From assembly GCA_951406725.2 (NCBI GenBank), contig OX597820.1, forward strand, positions 102,238,001 to 102,302,000: DNA of 64,000 nucleotides. The letters are read 5' to 3'. The notes below the pieces were generated by a model that worked only from the letters and a program-made list of their open reading frames with translations, ran no database searches and was not told the origin of the DNA. Each line of letters begins with the position of its first letter. The stretch's first letter is position 1. Below are positions 1 through 12,680 of the stretch, in pieces. The DNA is from Octopus vulgaris. Taxonomy: Eukaryota. Both the position numbers and the translations under genes were made by a program.

Positions 1-1593
1 ACAGAAATATAGTAAAAAAAAAAGAACAATGTAAATATATTTCAACTTACAATCGTTGTATTTGAACTGATATGTTAAAGTAGGTTAAGTTCTACAAGGA
101 AAAGGCCAGAGGCACTATATTTTTCAAAGAGAAATGAATACAATAGAAAAATGGAAAAGAAAGAGAAAATGGAGAATGTCATCTTGCTAGCAGTAACAAT
201 TTCAATCAATCAGAAACTCACATTAACTTCATACTTTGGTCAATTCATCTGAGAATGGAGAAGATTGAGCAAAGCTATTGAGGAATTGGTGGTTTGTATA
301 TTTGTTGTTATCACTACAATGTGTCCATGACCAACACACTCAATTCATAAACAGTTCAGTTCATTAAATGGTAAATGGATTCCATAGAGTAGAAAGAAGT
401 TGTTGTAAGCAGTGACGACACTTTAGAATTGACAGATGTTCTGTTTTGTTTAATTTAGAGAACTGTGTTCAATTCCTGCTGTGGATGAAACCTGTTGGTG
501 GTAAATTGGCCTCAACAAGTGGATATAACACAAAAAAGGTGGTTGTGGAGGAAACAAACTTTTAATTATACTTTCACAAACGAATCAAATCACCATCACC
601 AACATCATCATCATCATCATCATCATCACCAACACTATTATCATCATGACTTTGGTTTCATAGGAAGTAAAGAAGAAGATGCAATAACTAACGAGTATTA
701 CATTTCTTTCTAAGATACATTCATAGAATAATAATCACTGTCTTACCTGAAAAAAATCTTCCACATTTTCTTCAAGTAAATTTATACACAAAATGCTTTT
801 TTCTTCCTGGGCAGTTTTTTTTGCAGTCTGCTTCTGTTCTCAGTTAATCACTTTATACACTCCCTTAGTATCTCACTCTCTCTCTCTTTTTCTTTCTCTC
901 TCTCTCCCTCTTTCTCTCTCTCTCTCTTTCCCTATCTTCCTCTCAATGCCAGCAGCTGGTACTACCAAATAAATATACAAGGTAAACAGTTTGCTTATAT
1001 CAAAACTGCTGTTTTCAACCAGTCGCCCATCCCTCAGCCAACTGGCAGCACCAATCTGTCAGCAGGTAACAACAGCAGTAACTCACTTGCACACCTGATA
1101 TGCAGCTAGATGGTCATCTATTTTCATTTTAATATGGCCAATGAGGAAGGAGGTGGAGGGGATGAACTGGGAACTTATTGGTGTTATTTACTTTAAATCT
1201 GTCTAATTTTTGGCTGTTAGTACATAAACAACATCATCATCACCCCAGATCTATCATTGTTATCAACAGTAGCATCATTAGCAATATCCTCATCCCGTGG
1301 ATGTGATATTGCCAGAGAACTGACTGCTATTTCTAGCAGGTCATGCAACTGGATAGAGGCACAACATTGGGCAGTTTTTACCATCCTTTCCTCTTCTTTC
1401 CTTCCCTTCCCTTCACCATCACTATCACCATGACCCATGCAACCACCACAAAAACACTCCCTTCCCCTCCTCCCTCCTCTCTTCCTTCTCTTTCTTCCCC
1501 TATCTCCCCCTCATACCCGGTTCCCCATCTTGCCATCCTCCTAAATCCCTCCTCCTCCTCGCTCCTTCTCCTCTCTTCCCCTTCTTCTGCCTT

Positions 1594-1624
<31 letters not shown>

Positions 1625-2017
1625 ATCATCATCATCATCATCCACATCATCATCCTCATCATCATCATCATCATTTACTCTATCAAAGACATCACTACTG
1701 ACTTTTTCATTGTAAACATCACCATCCTTTACACCGCCGCTGCTGCCGCAACCATCACCATCACCACCACCACCACCACCACCACCACCAACACTATCAA
1801 CACCACCACCAACACCATCAGCACCACCACCAGTGTAGCCACTGTTGTTATAATCATATTTACTTCTATCAACATCTCCAATATACTTGCTATAACAAGC
1901 ATACCTAACACCCAAATTATTATGAATGGACCAAAAGAAAGAAATTCCAAACTCATACAAATCCAGAAGAAGCCATTCTACCACTTTCCTGGCATTAATA
2001 TTTATTTGTCCAGTTTA

Positions 2018-2231
2018 AGGTGGCAAGCTAGCAGAGTTGTTAGCACATCGGCCAAAATGCCTAGCAGCATTTTGAATGTCCTTACATTCTGAGTTCAAAT
2101 TCTGTCATGGTCAACCTTACTTTTAATTCCTTTGGGGTGGATAAATTAAGTACCAGTTGAGTACTAGGGTCAATCTAATCGATTTAGACCCTTCCCCCAA
2201 AATTGCTGACCTTGTGCCAAAATGTGAAACA
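2018..2231 (+). mobile_element. SINE family B, diverged copy
   Basis: Matches 16683-16913 and 63458-63689: ggtggcaagctagcagag...ttctgagttcaaat...ataaattaagtaccagtt...actagggtcaat. Confidence 0.75.
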
Positions 2232-2294
2232 AATATTTCTTTCTTTACATTATTTACATTTGACAAATATTTGTCCTCATCTTGTTTGATGTTA

Positions 2295-2338
2295 ACACAA
2301 CTTTTCAGTTGATGTGCCCTCCAGCCTTCATTAGATGT
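2295..2338 (-). ncRNA. Degenerate type I hammerhead motif (inverted arm)
   Basis: Minus strand reads acat-CTAATGA-a-ggctg..caact-GAAA-agt-t-gtgt. Confidence 0.5.
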
Positions 2339-2446
2339 CCTGGGTGAATTTTGATCTTGGGTTCTCATTCCTAAGGTATTTTTCCGATGTTATCATTATC
2401 ATTATTATTATCATCATCATCATCATCATCATCATCATTATTATTA

Positions 2447-2498
<52 letters not shown>

Positions 2499-2582
2499 AG
2501 TCACTGTTCATGGGCATATGGTGTAGTGGTTAAGAGTACGGGCTACTAACCCCAAGATTCTGAGTTCGATTCCAGGCAGTGA

Positions 2583-2638
<56 letters not shown>

Positions 2639-2687
2639 TTGGAAAAATACCTTAGGAATGAGAAGCCAGGTTCGAAATTACCCCAGG

Positions 2688-2731
2688 ACATCTAATGAAG
2701 GCTGGAGAGCACATCAGCCAAAACGTCGTGT
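2688..2731 (+). ncRNA. Degenerate type I hammerhead motif in SINE tail
   Basis: acat-CTAATGA-a-ggctg/cagcc-AAA-acgt-c-gtgt. Stems I, II and III are intact, while core G5 and G12 are changed to A. Confidence 0.55.
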
Positions 2732-3009
2732 TAACAACAAACAAGATGAGGACAAATAGCCATCAAATGTAAATAATGTAAACGATGTATATAATTCCTC
2801 ATCTCACAAACTTAGAACTACTGTCAGATAGAATATTTCTTTATCCAGTACATTTAGATTAGCAATGGAGGAGACATGGATGGATATAGCGAGAGATCCA
2901 ATACAATCTGTGCATCACGTTTTGGTGATTTCTGGAACCATTCCAAGAAGCAGTGTTTACAATGCACAAAAACCATATTCTGGTTATAATCTTTTATCTT
3001 TTATTGAAA

Positions 3010-3252
3010 TCATTGTTGTAACTGGTGATACTGGTGCCATGCAACTGGCACCTGTTCTGGTGGCATGCAAAAGCACCCATTACACTCTCAGAGTGGTTGG
3101 CATTAGGAAGGGCATCCTGCTGTATAAACCATGCTAAATCAGACTGGAGTCTCGTGCAGCCCCTCAGCTTACCAGCCCTGGTCAAACCATCCAACCCATG
3201 CCAGCATGGAGAATGGACGTTAAATGATGATGATGATGATGATGATGATGAT
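3010..3252 (+). mobile_element. SINE family C (ttaggaagggcatcc core, (GAT)n tail)
   Basis: Shared core gagtggttggcattaggaagggcatcc...ccaacccatgccagcatgg...ttaaatgatgatgat, found in many other copies in the window. Confidence 0.8.
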
Positions 3253-3254
3253 TG

Positions 3255-3450
3255 TTTACTTGTTTCAGTCTTTGGACTGTGACCATGCTAGAGCACTGCT
3301 TTAAAGGGTCTAGTCAAACAAATCAACTCCAGAACTCATTTTCTTTAAGCCTGGTACATATTCTGTCAGTCTTTTTTGCCAAACTGCTAAGTTATGGGCA
3401 TGTAAACAATCAGTTTCAAGCAGCAGTTGGGGGCAAACATAACACACACT
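3255..3450 (-). mobile_element. SINE family A, 3' part
   Basis: ttacttgtttcagtc...ccatgctagagcactg...aagcctggtac, homologous to 46096-46516. Confidence 0.7.
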
Positions 3451-3540
3451 CACATACACATGTGCTCACATCATCATCATCATCATCATTATCGTTGTTG
3501 TCATTGTCATTTTACATCCACCATCCATGCTGGCATGGTT

Positions 3541-5810
3541 ATAATAATAATAATAATAATAATAATTGTGTACAGTGCTCAGGTGCACTACAACTCATCT
3601 AAAGTGTATATATAATCAGGTGTAGTTTCGGCGGATTTCGGAAAGCATGAGGGCCTTAAAAGATGCAGTGTCATGGCAGTCAACAACTGACGCAGGCAGT
3701 TTATTCCATGCTTCAGCAACTCTGAGCGTGAAAAAATGTTTCCGAAAGTCATGGGAGCTGTATTGTTTTCTGACTTTGTAGGCATGTCGACGTGTGTTAG
3801 ACACATGGAGATCAAAAAGGTGTTCAGTGTTGTTGTTGGTGAGGTGGTTGATAACTTTGTGGGTGTTTACCAAGTCCGTCGCCAAACGCCGGAGCTTCAG
3901 TGAATCCATGCCCAGGGAAACAAGGCGCTCAGAATATGGTAGGTGTCTGATGGAGGGTATGCGTTTGGTTGCACGTCTCTGGACAGATTCCAGGAGGTCA
4001 ATGTTCTGTGCAAGATAGGGGTTCCAAACTGATGATGCGAATTCCAAGTGTGGTCATACCATAGCTGTATACAGTTTTAAATAGATGGCTGGAGAGCGGC
4101 TAACAAAAGACCTGCTGAGTGATGCCAAGACACCCTCGGCCTTCCTGACAATCTTAGAGATATGCTTTGACCAACGCAAATCACTGCTGACAGTGATGCC
4201 TAGGTCACGCTCGCAAGAGGATTTCTTGATATCAGTGTTGTGGAGGGAGTATGTGAACGCAGGGTTTTTTCTCCCAAAATGCATGGTGGTACACTTGTCC
4301 ACAGCCAGTTTCAGTTGCCAGTCTGTGATCCATTGCTGCATTGTGTCTAGGTCTGATTGCAGGAAAGAGTTGTAGACATCAGGATCTGTCCTCTTGATTT
4401 CAAGGTACAGCTTGATGTCGTCTGCATATTTCAATACTGTGGCATTCTTTAAATTGGCATCTATGTCGTTAATGTATGCCACAAACAAGAGGGGACCAAG
4501 GACAGATCCCTGTGGTACACCCGATGACATCTCATATGGTGTAGAGTGCTGTCCTAGAACTGTGACTACCTCCTTTCGGCTGAGAATGAAGGATTTCAAC
4601 CAGTTAAAAAGGTCATCCCCCACACCCATTGCAGAGAGTTTCACCATAAGCCTTTTGTGTGGCACAGAGTTGAAAGCCTTGTCAAGGTAGACAACATCCA
4701 CCCATGAGCCACTGTCAGTAATCTGAGTAATGTCCTCAAGGAACTCGACAAGCTGGTCACTGCAACTGGAGTTAGGGACAAATCCATATTGTGAGGGTCG
4801 GATGAGACTGTGAGAGCTCCAGAAGTTCCAGAGTGTTTCTCTGACACACAATTCCATCAGTTTTGCAATACAGCTAGTGAGACTGACTGGGCGATAGTTG
4901 ACAGGTGATGTGCGGTCGCCCTTTTTGAACAGAGGAATGACACTGGCAGTTTTCCACTGCTCCGGAGTAGCACCATTGTTGAGACAGTACTGGAAGAAAA
5001 TAGAAAGCTGGTGTAAAAGGAAGTGCCTGCCACGTTTGAGAAGCAGGTATGTAACTCCATCGAGACCAGGGGAGGCATAGTTGCGCTTATTTTGAAGGTG
5101 ACGTCGCAGCATTGCAGGTGTAAATTCCATAGTTGTTATGGAGTTTGCTGTTAGTGATGGTGAAGATGGTACATTTTGACTTTCAACAGTGAATATGTTT
5201 GCATAGCACTCGGCAATGAGTTCTGCGCATTCCTTGGGGTCGTCAGTGATCTGGTTTGTGTGAGGGTTGCGAAGAGGGCCCACTGGAGAGTGAGGTCTCT
5301 GCTTTGAGTGCACATATTTCCAGAAAACCTTGCTGTCAGGATTGGCTGCTATGCACTGTTCAAATTCAAGCACTGCTTTTTTTGTTACTTGCTTGAGATG
5401 GTTGGAGGATTTATTCCGCTTCTTCCTGTTGGTGTCTGATTTATGCAACCTGTATTCCCGTTCAGCAGCCCGACGTTCCCTCCTGGCAAGTCGGACCGCT
5501 GAAGTTTCCCAAATTGCCCTTTTGGGGCGATTCTTCTTTTTGTTTACGTGGCACTGATGCTGCACATGCTGCCCATATTGAGTCCAGGATACTCTGGAGT
5601 ATAGTATTCACATCTCCAGAGTTGTAGAATTCACGCCAGTTTGGGTCCTGTAGTTCAGTGTGGTACAGGTTCCAATCTGCTCTCTTCCAATCGAAGGAAG
5701 CAGATTGGAGATGGTTCAGGTTTTTGTTGCCCGCAAGAGCCAGATTGGCGATGATCATAGCATGATCAGAGTCACCTAGAGGTTCCTCCGTAGTGCAATT
5801 GATAACCGTT
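3541..5810 (-). mobile_element. 5'-truncated CR1/L2-type LINE with (TTA)n tail
   Basis: End of APE endonuclease (GDSDHAMI), RT motifs, C-terminal FFTLRVAEAWNKLP, short 3'UTR with agtgc/gcact hairpin, and tail at 3541-3566. Confidence 0.93.
3616..5810 (-). pseudogene. LINE ORF2 (endonuclease end plus reverse transcriptase), disrupted
   Basis: SPGLDG, NYRPVSLTS, GVPQGSVLGPLLF and YADD motifs. In-frame stop at 4054-4056 (V*PHLE, likely CGA>TGA) joins ORFs 4054-5565 and 3616-4047. Frameshift near 5540. Confidence 0.92.
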
Positions 5811-6499
5811 AGACAGAATCCATTTAGTTGGAAGACTACGTTTTGCTCTAGTGTTTTAATTTTGGCATAGTTCTTATGGCTGGATGCATTTCCCAATGCC
5901 AGACACTTCACAGAATGTACTGGGAACTTTTTATGTGAGATTACCTTGTAATTTCCTGAGACTAAAGAGTCCCCTTACCTGAGAAGGAGTAGAGGAGATA
6001 AAATGGTTGCTTTATGAAAAGTGCGGAGAGGTTAATTTGTGATGGAAAGAGTGGAACCAGGTTTGTTGTGGAGGATATTCATGGCTACTTCACATTTTAC
6101 ATGAATGCATTGAGAAGGCTGGAGCAGTGCCACACAATGCAGTTGTGTCAAGGTGCCAGAATATACTAACATGACCAAGAAGGTGAATAGGAGAGAGTAT
6201 GGAGGCAGGACAATCACCAGGGGTGAGTAAGTTTGTAAGAGTAGGAGAGGGATAAAAGTATGGGATGCAGGTGGTCAGATGGCTGAGGTAAGTGTAGGGA
6301 ATGGTAGAGTGGAGAGACAATAACAATGACCATTTTTGCCAGATGAGTATCACTCAGCTGGCAAAAATGAGTAATATCTGTATTTCAAAAGGACCGACCT
6401 TGTCGCATTCTGTGTTGTACTGAATCTCTCTGAAAACTACTTTAAAAGTTACATGTGTTTGTAGAGTGCTCAGCCACTTGCATGTTAACTTCGCCAGCA

Positions 6500-6567
6500 G
6501 GTCAGATCAACTGCGTTGGTCAGATCGACTGCGTTGGTCAGATCAACTGCGTTGGTCAGATCAACTG
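6500..6567. repeat. 18-bp minisatellite (ggtcagatcaactgcgtt) x about 3.7, inside a SINE-like copy
   Basis: Direct tandem units visible. Confidence 0.9.
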
Positions 6568-6699
6568 GGACTCTTGTCATTGTCACCAATGGAATGCCAA
6601 ATACACACACACACACACACACACACACATAACTCGTTTGCACTAGTCAAAAGGTGTAAACATCCCTCTGGTAAGCATTCATTAGAGTTATATCACCTG

Positions 6700-6872
6700 A
6701 AGAAATAAATCCATGAAGATGATCTACTCAATGCCCACAGATACTATGGACTACATTGTAATCTTCCCAGGAATATGGACTGTGATCTGAAGAAACATGT
6801 TATTTGTAAAAATGCATGTAGTGATGCATTAAATGTTTATAAATTCCAACCAAGTATTATGGTTCTTATTAC
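6700..6872 (+). repeat. Dispersed repeat, probable retroelement 3' end; second copy at 40904-41072
   Basis: Shared atgatctac...gatact...tgtaatc.tcccaggaatatggact.tgatct.aagaaacatgt...gtgatgcattaaa. Confidence 0.75.
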
Positions 6873-6879
6873 TATTTAT

Positions 6880-6930
<51 letters not shown>

Positions 6931-7037
6931 AGTTAATCCAAACAAGAAAACACAGAAAAAAAGAGAAAAAAACACAGCAACGCAGGACGTGGAACAATGA
7001 AAGTATTATTGATGCTCAGGAAAGAAGGGAATGAGGG

Positions 7038-7070
7038 TTTAACGTTCCGAGCGGAGCTCTTCGTCGGAAA
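7038..7070 (-). ncRNA. Minimal hammerhead-like motif with CCGACGA core, in a PLE-like terminus next to (TA)n
   Basis: Minus strand reads ttt-CCGACGA-a-gagc-tcc-gctc-GGA-acgt-t-aaa. Confidence 0.5.
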
Positions 7071-7408
7071 CAAGGAGAAGGAAAGATCCCAAGGAGGGAA
7101 GACAGAGGAGACAATATTTGAGCTGGTGGTGCTTAAGAGATCACATTCTTTTATTCTTTTATTTGTTTCAGTCATTGGACTGCAGCCATACTGGAGCACC
7201 GTCTTATATATATATATATATATATATATACTTGATTTGTGGGTTAACAAGGCAACCAATTGTTTCATGTGGTGAGATCTGCACAATTGTTCAAGCTTAA
7301 CATAAGGCTTACCATATGGAAGAGGAAGTGTTGGTATTTGTCTCAACTTTGGAGAAGAATATATCTATATAAATATATAATGGAGAAATGGAAGATGATG
7401 ATGATGCT

Positions 7409-7448
<40 letters not shown>

Positions 7449-7462
7449 TATATATATCTTTA

Positions 7463-7519
<57 letters not shown>

Positions 7520-7705
7520 TTAGTGTAAGAATGCTAAAATATGGACAAATGCATATACACATGTATTTTTATGTGTGAGTGAATGTGTGTGTGTGAGTGT
7601 ATAATGTTTGTATGGACATAATACCTTCAACGAGATGTATATGACTTACAGTAGTTATTCCTACATACGCTCATACCTGCATACATACAGAGGTGTGCGT
7701 GTGTG

Positions 7706-7753
<48 letters not shown>

Positions 7754-8744
7754 CATACATATACATACATACATCCACATATACATATATATATGTATAT
7801 GTGTGTGTGTGGATGTATCTATGTATTTATTTATTTATAATGTAGGTTATTGCAACATCTGGTTTTGAGATGTTAAGTTGTTACAATGTAATATAAAATG
7901 AGGAGAGAGAGAGAGAAAGAGAGAGAGAGAGATCTGTAGTATGTCTGTTTAATCTGTGCCCACCCCCACCACCACTTACATGTCATGCTTTACATTTAAG
8001 TTTGTTCCAAGTTTTATATCTAAACTGCAATTTTTATTCATTTGTTTGCAATTCATTATTCTCTTGTCTTCCCACATCTCAAGTCTCTTTCTTCTTAGCA
8101 CCAGCCTTTTTGACGTAACATCTCTCTCGTTTATTTTATTATTTTGTGCTTGTGTTCTGATGAGTTTCTTCTGCAGTTCCTTGTTTTTGTTCTGCCATTT
8201 CTTCTTTTTTCTTTTTTTGCAGAGGGTGGTGGGTTTTGGTGGGTCACAGTGGTAGATGTTAATGACAGCTGGACTACAGACAGGATCATACCTTACCTCT
8301 ATATGAACAGTTTATGGCACTGTATACCACCACTACCACCACCACAACCACTACCAGTACCACCACCACAACCACTACCAGAACCACCACCCCCACCACT
8401 TGAAATTTTGTATGAGTTTATATAAGTGGGTGGAGGCAATGGTGGTGGGAGGTTCAGCAGCTAGATTTACAATCATGTGATTCTAAGTTCAAAATCAAGG
8501 TATGGCACACTGGCCAAGTATATTCTACTTTATTGGTAGCTATTGGTCACATTGACCAATACCTTGTGAGTGAAATCTAGTGCATGGAAACTGTGTAGAA
8601 GCCCATTATATATGTGCATACATACATATATACACACATAGGTAGATACATACATACAAGCATACATACACACATACATATACACACATGTGTAGATATA
8701 TATATACATACATACACACATATATGTATACACATATATTTTTA

Positions 8745-9205
8745 TTTTATTTTTTAGTCCTTAGACTGTGACCATGCTGGGGCACCACCTTGAATTTTTA
8801 GTTGAATGAATCAACCCCAGGACTTATTTTTTAAGCCTGGTACTTATTCTATTAGAATCTTTTGATGAACTGCTAAGTTACAGGAATGTAAGCACACACA
8901 CCAACGCCAGTTGTCAAATGGTGGCAAGGGACAAACACAGACATTACACACACACACAGACATGCACACATGCACACACACATGCACACATATGCACACA
9001 CACACGCAGATACACACATATGCATACACACACACACACACACACGCGCACACACACATACACACATACACACATAATAGGCTTCTTACAGTTTCTCTGT
9101 CTATCAAATCTGCTCAGAAGACTTTTGTCGGCCCAAGGCTATATTAGAAGACACTTGCCCAAGGTGCCACACAGTGGGACTGAACCCAGAACCATGTGGT
9201 TGGAA
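8745..9205 (-). mobile_element. SINE family A with internal (CA)n
   Basis: agaagacacttgcccaaggtgccacacagtgggactgaacccagaaccatgtggttgg is the reverse complement of the family head. Confidence 0.85.
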
Positions 9206-9232
9206 AACGTTTCTAAAACAGAAAGAAGCCTA

Positions 9233-9328
<96 letters not shown>

Positions 9329-9500
9329 ACACACACATGTATGTATGTATGAGCATATGTATGTTCATGTCTTCTTGTCATAGTCTTGGAGAATATTAAC
9401 TTCTTAGAAACAGGTGAGGGTCGATGACAAAAATGGTATCTGGCTATAGAAAATCTATATATGAACATGCATACATACATACATACATGCATATGTATAA

Positions 9501-9536
<36 letters not shown>

Positions 9537-9598
9537 GTGTGTGTATATATATATATATATGTATAAAACAAGCCACCCTTATTTATATATATATATAT

Positions 9599-9860
9599 AC
9601 TAGACTTAATGCCCAGCCTTGTCCGGTAAAGTATTCATGGAATTGTTTGCCAGTTTGTAGAATGGAAATTCATGGTACTTATGCATGCATATATATTTAA
9701 CCTAACTCCTGGACTTATTTGATTGGAACTACCCATACAATAGTAATCAATTCATATGAGTAGATACCTTTTTTTAACAATTTTTGTCCTGAAAATCACC
9801 TGTTTTAAAGTGAAAGTGGGGAGAAAGTGCAAGATGTTTGAATGTGTAAATGAACTGGAC
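9599..9860 (-). mobile_element. Possible non-autonomous Helitron 3' end
   Basis: ctag terminus at 9600 with nearby gcccagccttgtccgg, similar to the reverse complement of the 59120-59147 end. Confidence 0.35.
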
Positions 9861-9867
9861 ATTGTGA

Positions 9868-9931
<64 letters not shown>

Positions 9932-9959
9932 GAGAGAGTGTGCCTCTTGCACATACATG

Positions 9960-10722
9960 AGAACATGGCTGTCCGTACACATGCATCATACAGCAAGAGG
10001 CCCTTTGTCACCAGCAGAGATAAGAGCTCTCTGAACTTTGTCCAGGCTATTCTTATTCTAGCAGCTACACTTTCAGCACACCCTCCCCCGCTACTGACTT
10101 GGTCACCTAGGTAATGGTAGCTAACAACTACTTCTAGTTTTTCTCCCTGGTATCTGGCAGAATCTCTGCACATTTTCAGTGTTTATTGCTCCTGAGCATC
10201 TGCCACATACAAAAACTATCTTCCCAGCTAGCCTTCCTTTGATGTTGCTGCACCTCTTATCTTCCATAGCTTACACTGGGTACATCTTATAGAGTTTCTA
10301 CCTATGCTTTTTCTACAGATCGAGCAGGGCCATCTACCAGAAGGGATTTTTAGTTTATCTGCCTTCCTACTTATTAGGACTTTGGTTTTAGCTAGGTTGA
10401 CTCTAAGGCCCTTTGATTCTAATCCTTGCTTCCACAGCTGAAACTTCTCGAGTTCTGATAGTGACTCAGCAATTAGAACAAGGTCGTCATCATAGAGGAG
10501 CTACCAGGAGCATCCTGTCTTGAATTCCTCTGTTATTGCTTGGAGGCCTATAATAAATAGGAGGGGGTCTGAGGACTGAACCTTGGTGGACCCCTACCTC
10601 TACCAGGAATTCTTCAATGTACTCGTTGCCAACCCTCACCTTACTGATAGCATCCCTGGACATGACTTGCAAAGCTCTCACTAACCATTCATTTATCCCT
10701 AGTTTCCTCATTGACCACCAGT
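9960..10722 (-). pseudogene. RTE-type LINE RT fragment with embedded PHD-like finger
   Basis: VGVHQGSVL, LLY.DDLVLIAES, GLRVNLAKTKVL, CSICRK..CTQCKLW.HKRC...VCGRC and YLGDQVSSGGGCAESVAARIRIAW, with frameshifts. Confidence 0.85.
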
Positions 10723-11399
10723 TGGGTCGACATTATATATATCACACAATTTAAAATAGTAAATTTCCCTGTCAACTGTAACATGAAGAATAATATAGAT
10801 ATTTTCTTATAAATGTTGTCTGCAATAGACTTCAATTTTGTTCTTTAGTTAGGAATAATACAAATGATTAAAAGATTATGGCTTAGCTTCTATTCCAAAG
10901 TATATTCCTCAAATTTCTCATGAATAACTGTTGTGACTTAAACAAACTTCATCTTTTATTCAGCCCTATAATTTATCAGCCAGTTGTTTTACAAATGATA
11001 TAAATGTCGTGCATTGAATAGATTATGTCATCAATTTCCTTCCTCCTTCCATAATTAAAACACTACATCACAGGATGATATTGTGATGCTATGATTTCAA
11101 GCCCTCCTTAAAATCTCCCTAACCCTTTCTCTCTCATTTCTTTGAGTCCATTTACCTAAACTTCTTTCTCCCCCTCACTTTATACTTCTTTTTTTTCTTA
11201 TCTTGCTGCCTATCACCCCTATCTTTCTCCTCAGCCAGTCTTTTATTTCATTTCCCTTCTTACCTCTTCCTTCATCTCTTAGATTTCTCAATCCCTTGAC
11301 CTCTCTCTTTGTACACTTCTCATTATCTTTCATCACATTCCTAGTATACTCTCTTTATACTCTCCTTATATTCTCTCTCTTTCTCTCTCTTTCTCTCCA

Positions 11400-12501
11400 T
11401 CTATCACTCTTTCTTTCATTCTCTTGCTTTTTCTCTTAATCTTTCTCCCTTTTCTCTCTATTCCCCTTTACCTATTATACATCTCTCCCTCTCTTGCTCT
11501 CTCTCTCTCTTGCTCTCTCTCTCTCTTGCTCTCTCTCTCTCTTCTCTCACTATCACTCTCCTTCCCTCTTTCTACATCGACTCTTTATCTTCCTTTCTCC
11601 TTCTTATGCATTCATTAAAACCTATTGTGTTTTTTATTGTAACTTTTTTTCATTCTGCCTTTCTTTCCTTCTTTCATTTCTTCAGTTTTTCTCTTTGTTT
11701 TCTCCATTTCTTCCTTCCTTTCTTTCTTTCTTTTTGTCTTTCTTTCTTTCTTCCTTCCTTCCTTCTTCCCTCCCTTCCTTCCTTCCTCCCTCCCGCCCTC
11801 CTTCCTTCCTCCCTTCCTTCCTTCCTTCCTTCCTTCCTTCCTTCCTTCCTTCCTTCCTTCCTTCCTTTCTGTTTGTCCATCTTCTATTTCTCTCTTTGTT
11901 TTGTTTCTTTATTCCATTATTTAATCTCATTTCTTTCCCTGTTGTTGTAATTTTGATGATGATGACGACGATGATGATTACAATAAGGATGTTAGTGACG
12001 GTCCCTGTGATGATGATGATGATGATGATGATGATGGTAGTTAAGGTTCTGTTAACGATGATGATGGTCATAGTGGTTTCAGCAGTGATAAGGATGGTAA
12101 CAATGGCGGTTGTGATGATGAAGATGATAATTCTAATTGTGACGATGATGATGATGACAATGATGATAATGGCAATGGTAGTTGTAGTTATTATGATAAT
12201 GATGATGGCGGTAGTGATGATGCCGGCGATGTTAGTTGATGGTGGAGGAGATGGTAATTGCAATGATAGTGATGATGATGATGATGATGATGATGGTCAT
12301 TCTGGTTATGATGCTGCTGCTGCTGATGACGATGATGATGATTATGATGGTTGTGATAATGATAACAACGATGATGATGATGATGATGATGGTAATTCTG
12401 CTTATGATGCTGATGATGATGACGAAGTTAATGACAATGATGATGCTGTTGGTGTTAGTTGATGATGGTAAAGGTTAGATGATGGTGGTAAATGACAGTG
12501 G

Positions 12502-12540
<39 letters not shown>

Positions 12541-12680
12541 CGACGACGATGATGGTTGCAATGATGCTGATGATACTGCCGATGACGATGTCAATGATAA
12601 TGATGCCGATGATGATGATGGCAATAAAGACGAAGAGGCGCTGGAGGAAGAGGAAGAGTATGGTATTTGTGGTTTAAATT
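11400..12680. repeat. Compound low-complexity tract: (CT)n, (CCTT)n, degenerate (GAT)n
   Basis: Direct reading. Confidence 0.95.

Larger units (their letters stand above)
2243..2820 (+). mobile_element. tRNA-headed SINE with (AAT)n linker and hammerhead-bearing tail, preceded by an inverted partial copy of itself
   Basis: Head 2512-2583 has A box TGGTGTAGTGG and B box GAGTTCGATTCC. Region 2243-2508 is the reverse complement of about 2577-2782. Candidate 11-bp TSD aatatttcttt at 2232-2242 and 2832-2842. Confidence 0.75.

Noticed and set aside
1343-2092. 249-aa ORF and overlapping ORFs
   Set aside because: Translation of (CCT)n, (CAT)n and (CAC)n tracts running into a SINE; open in several frames with no domain.
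2512-2583. Functional tRNA gene
   Set aside because: Acceptor and T stems pair poorly, and the sequence continues into a repeat body, so it is a SINE head. The same applies to 33549 and 48937.
4085-5557. Plus-strand ORFs overlapping the LINE
   Set aside because: Antisense shadows of the RT coding frame.
6500-6567. CRISPR-like or iteron-like array
   Set aside because: Spacerless 18-bp minisatellite.
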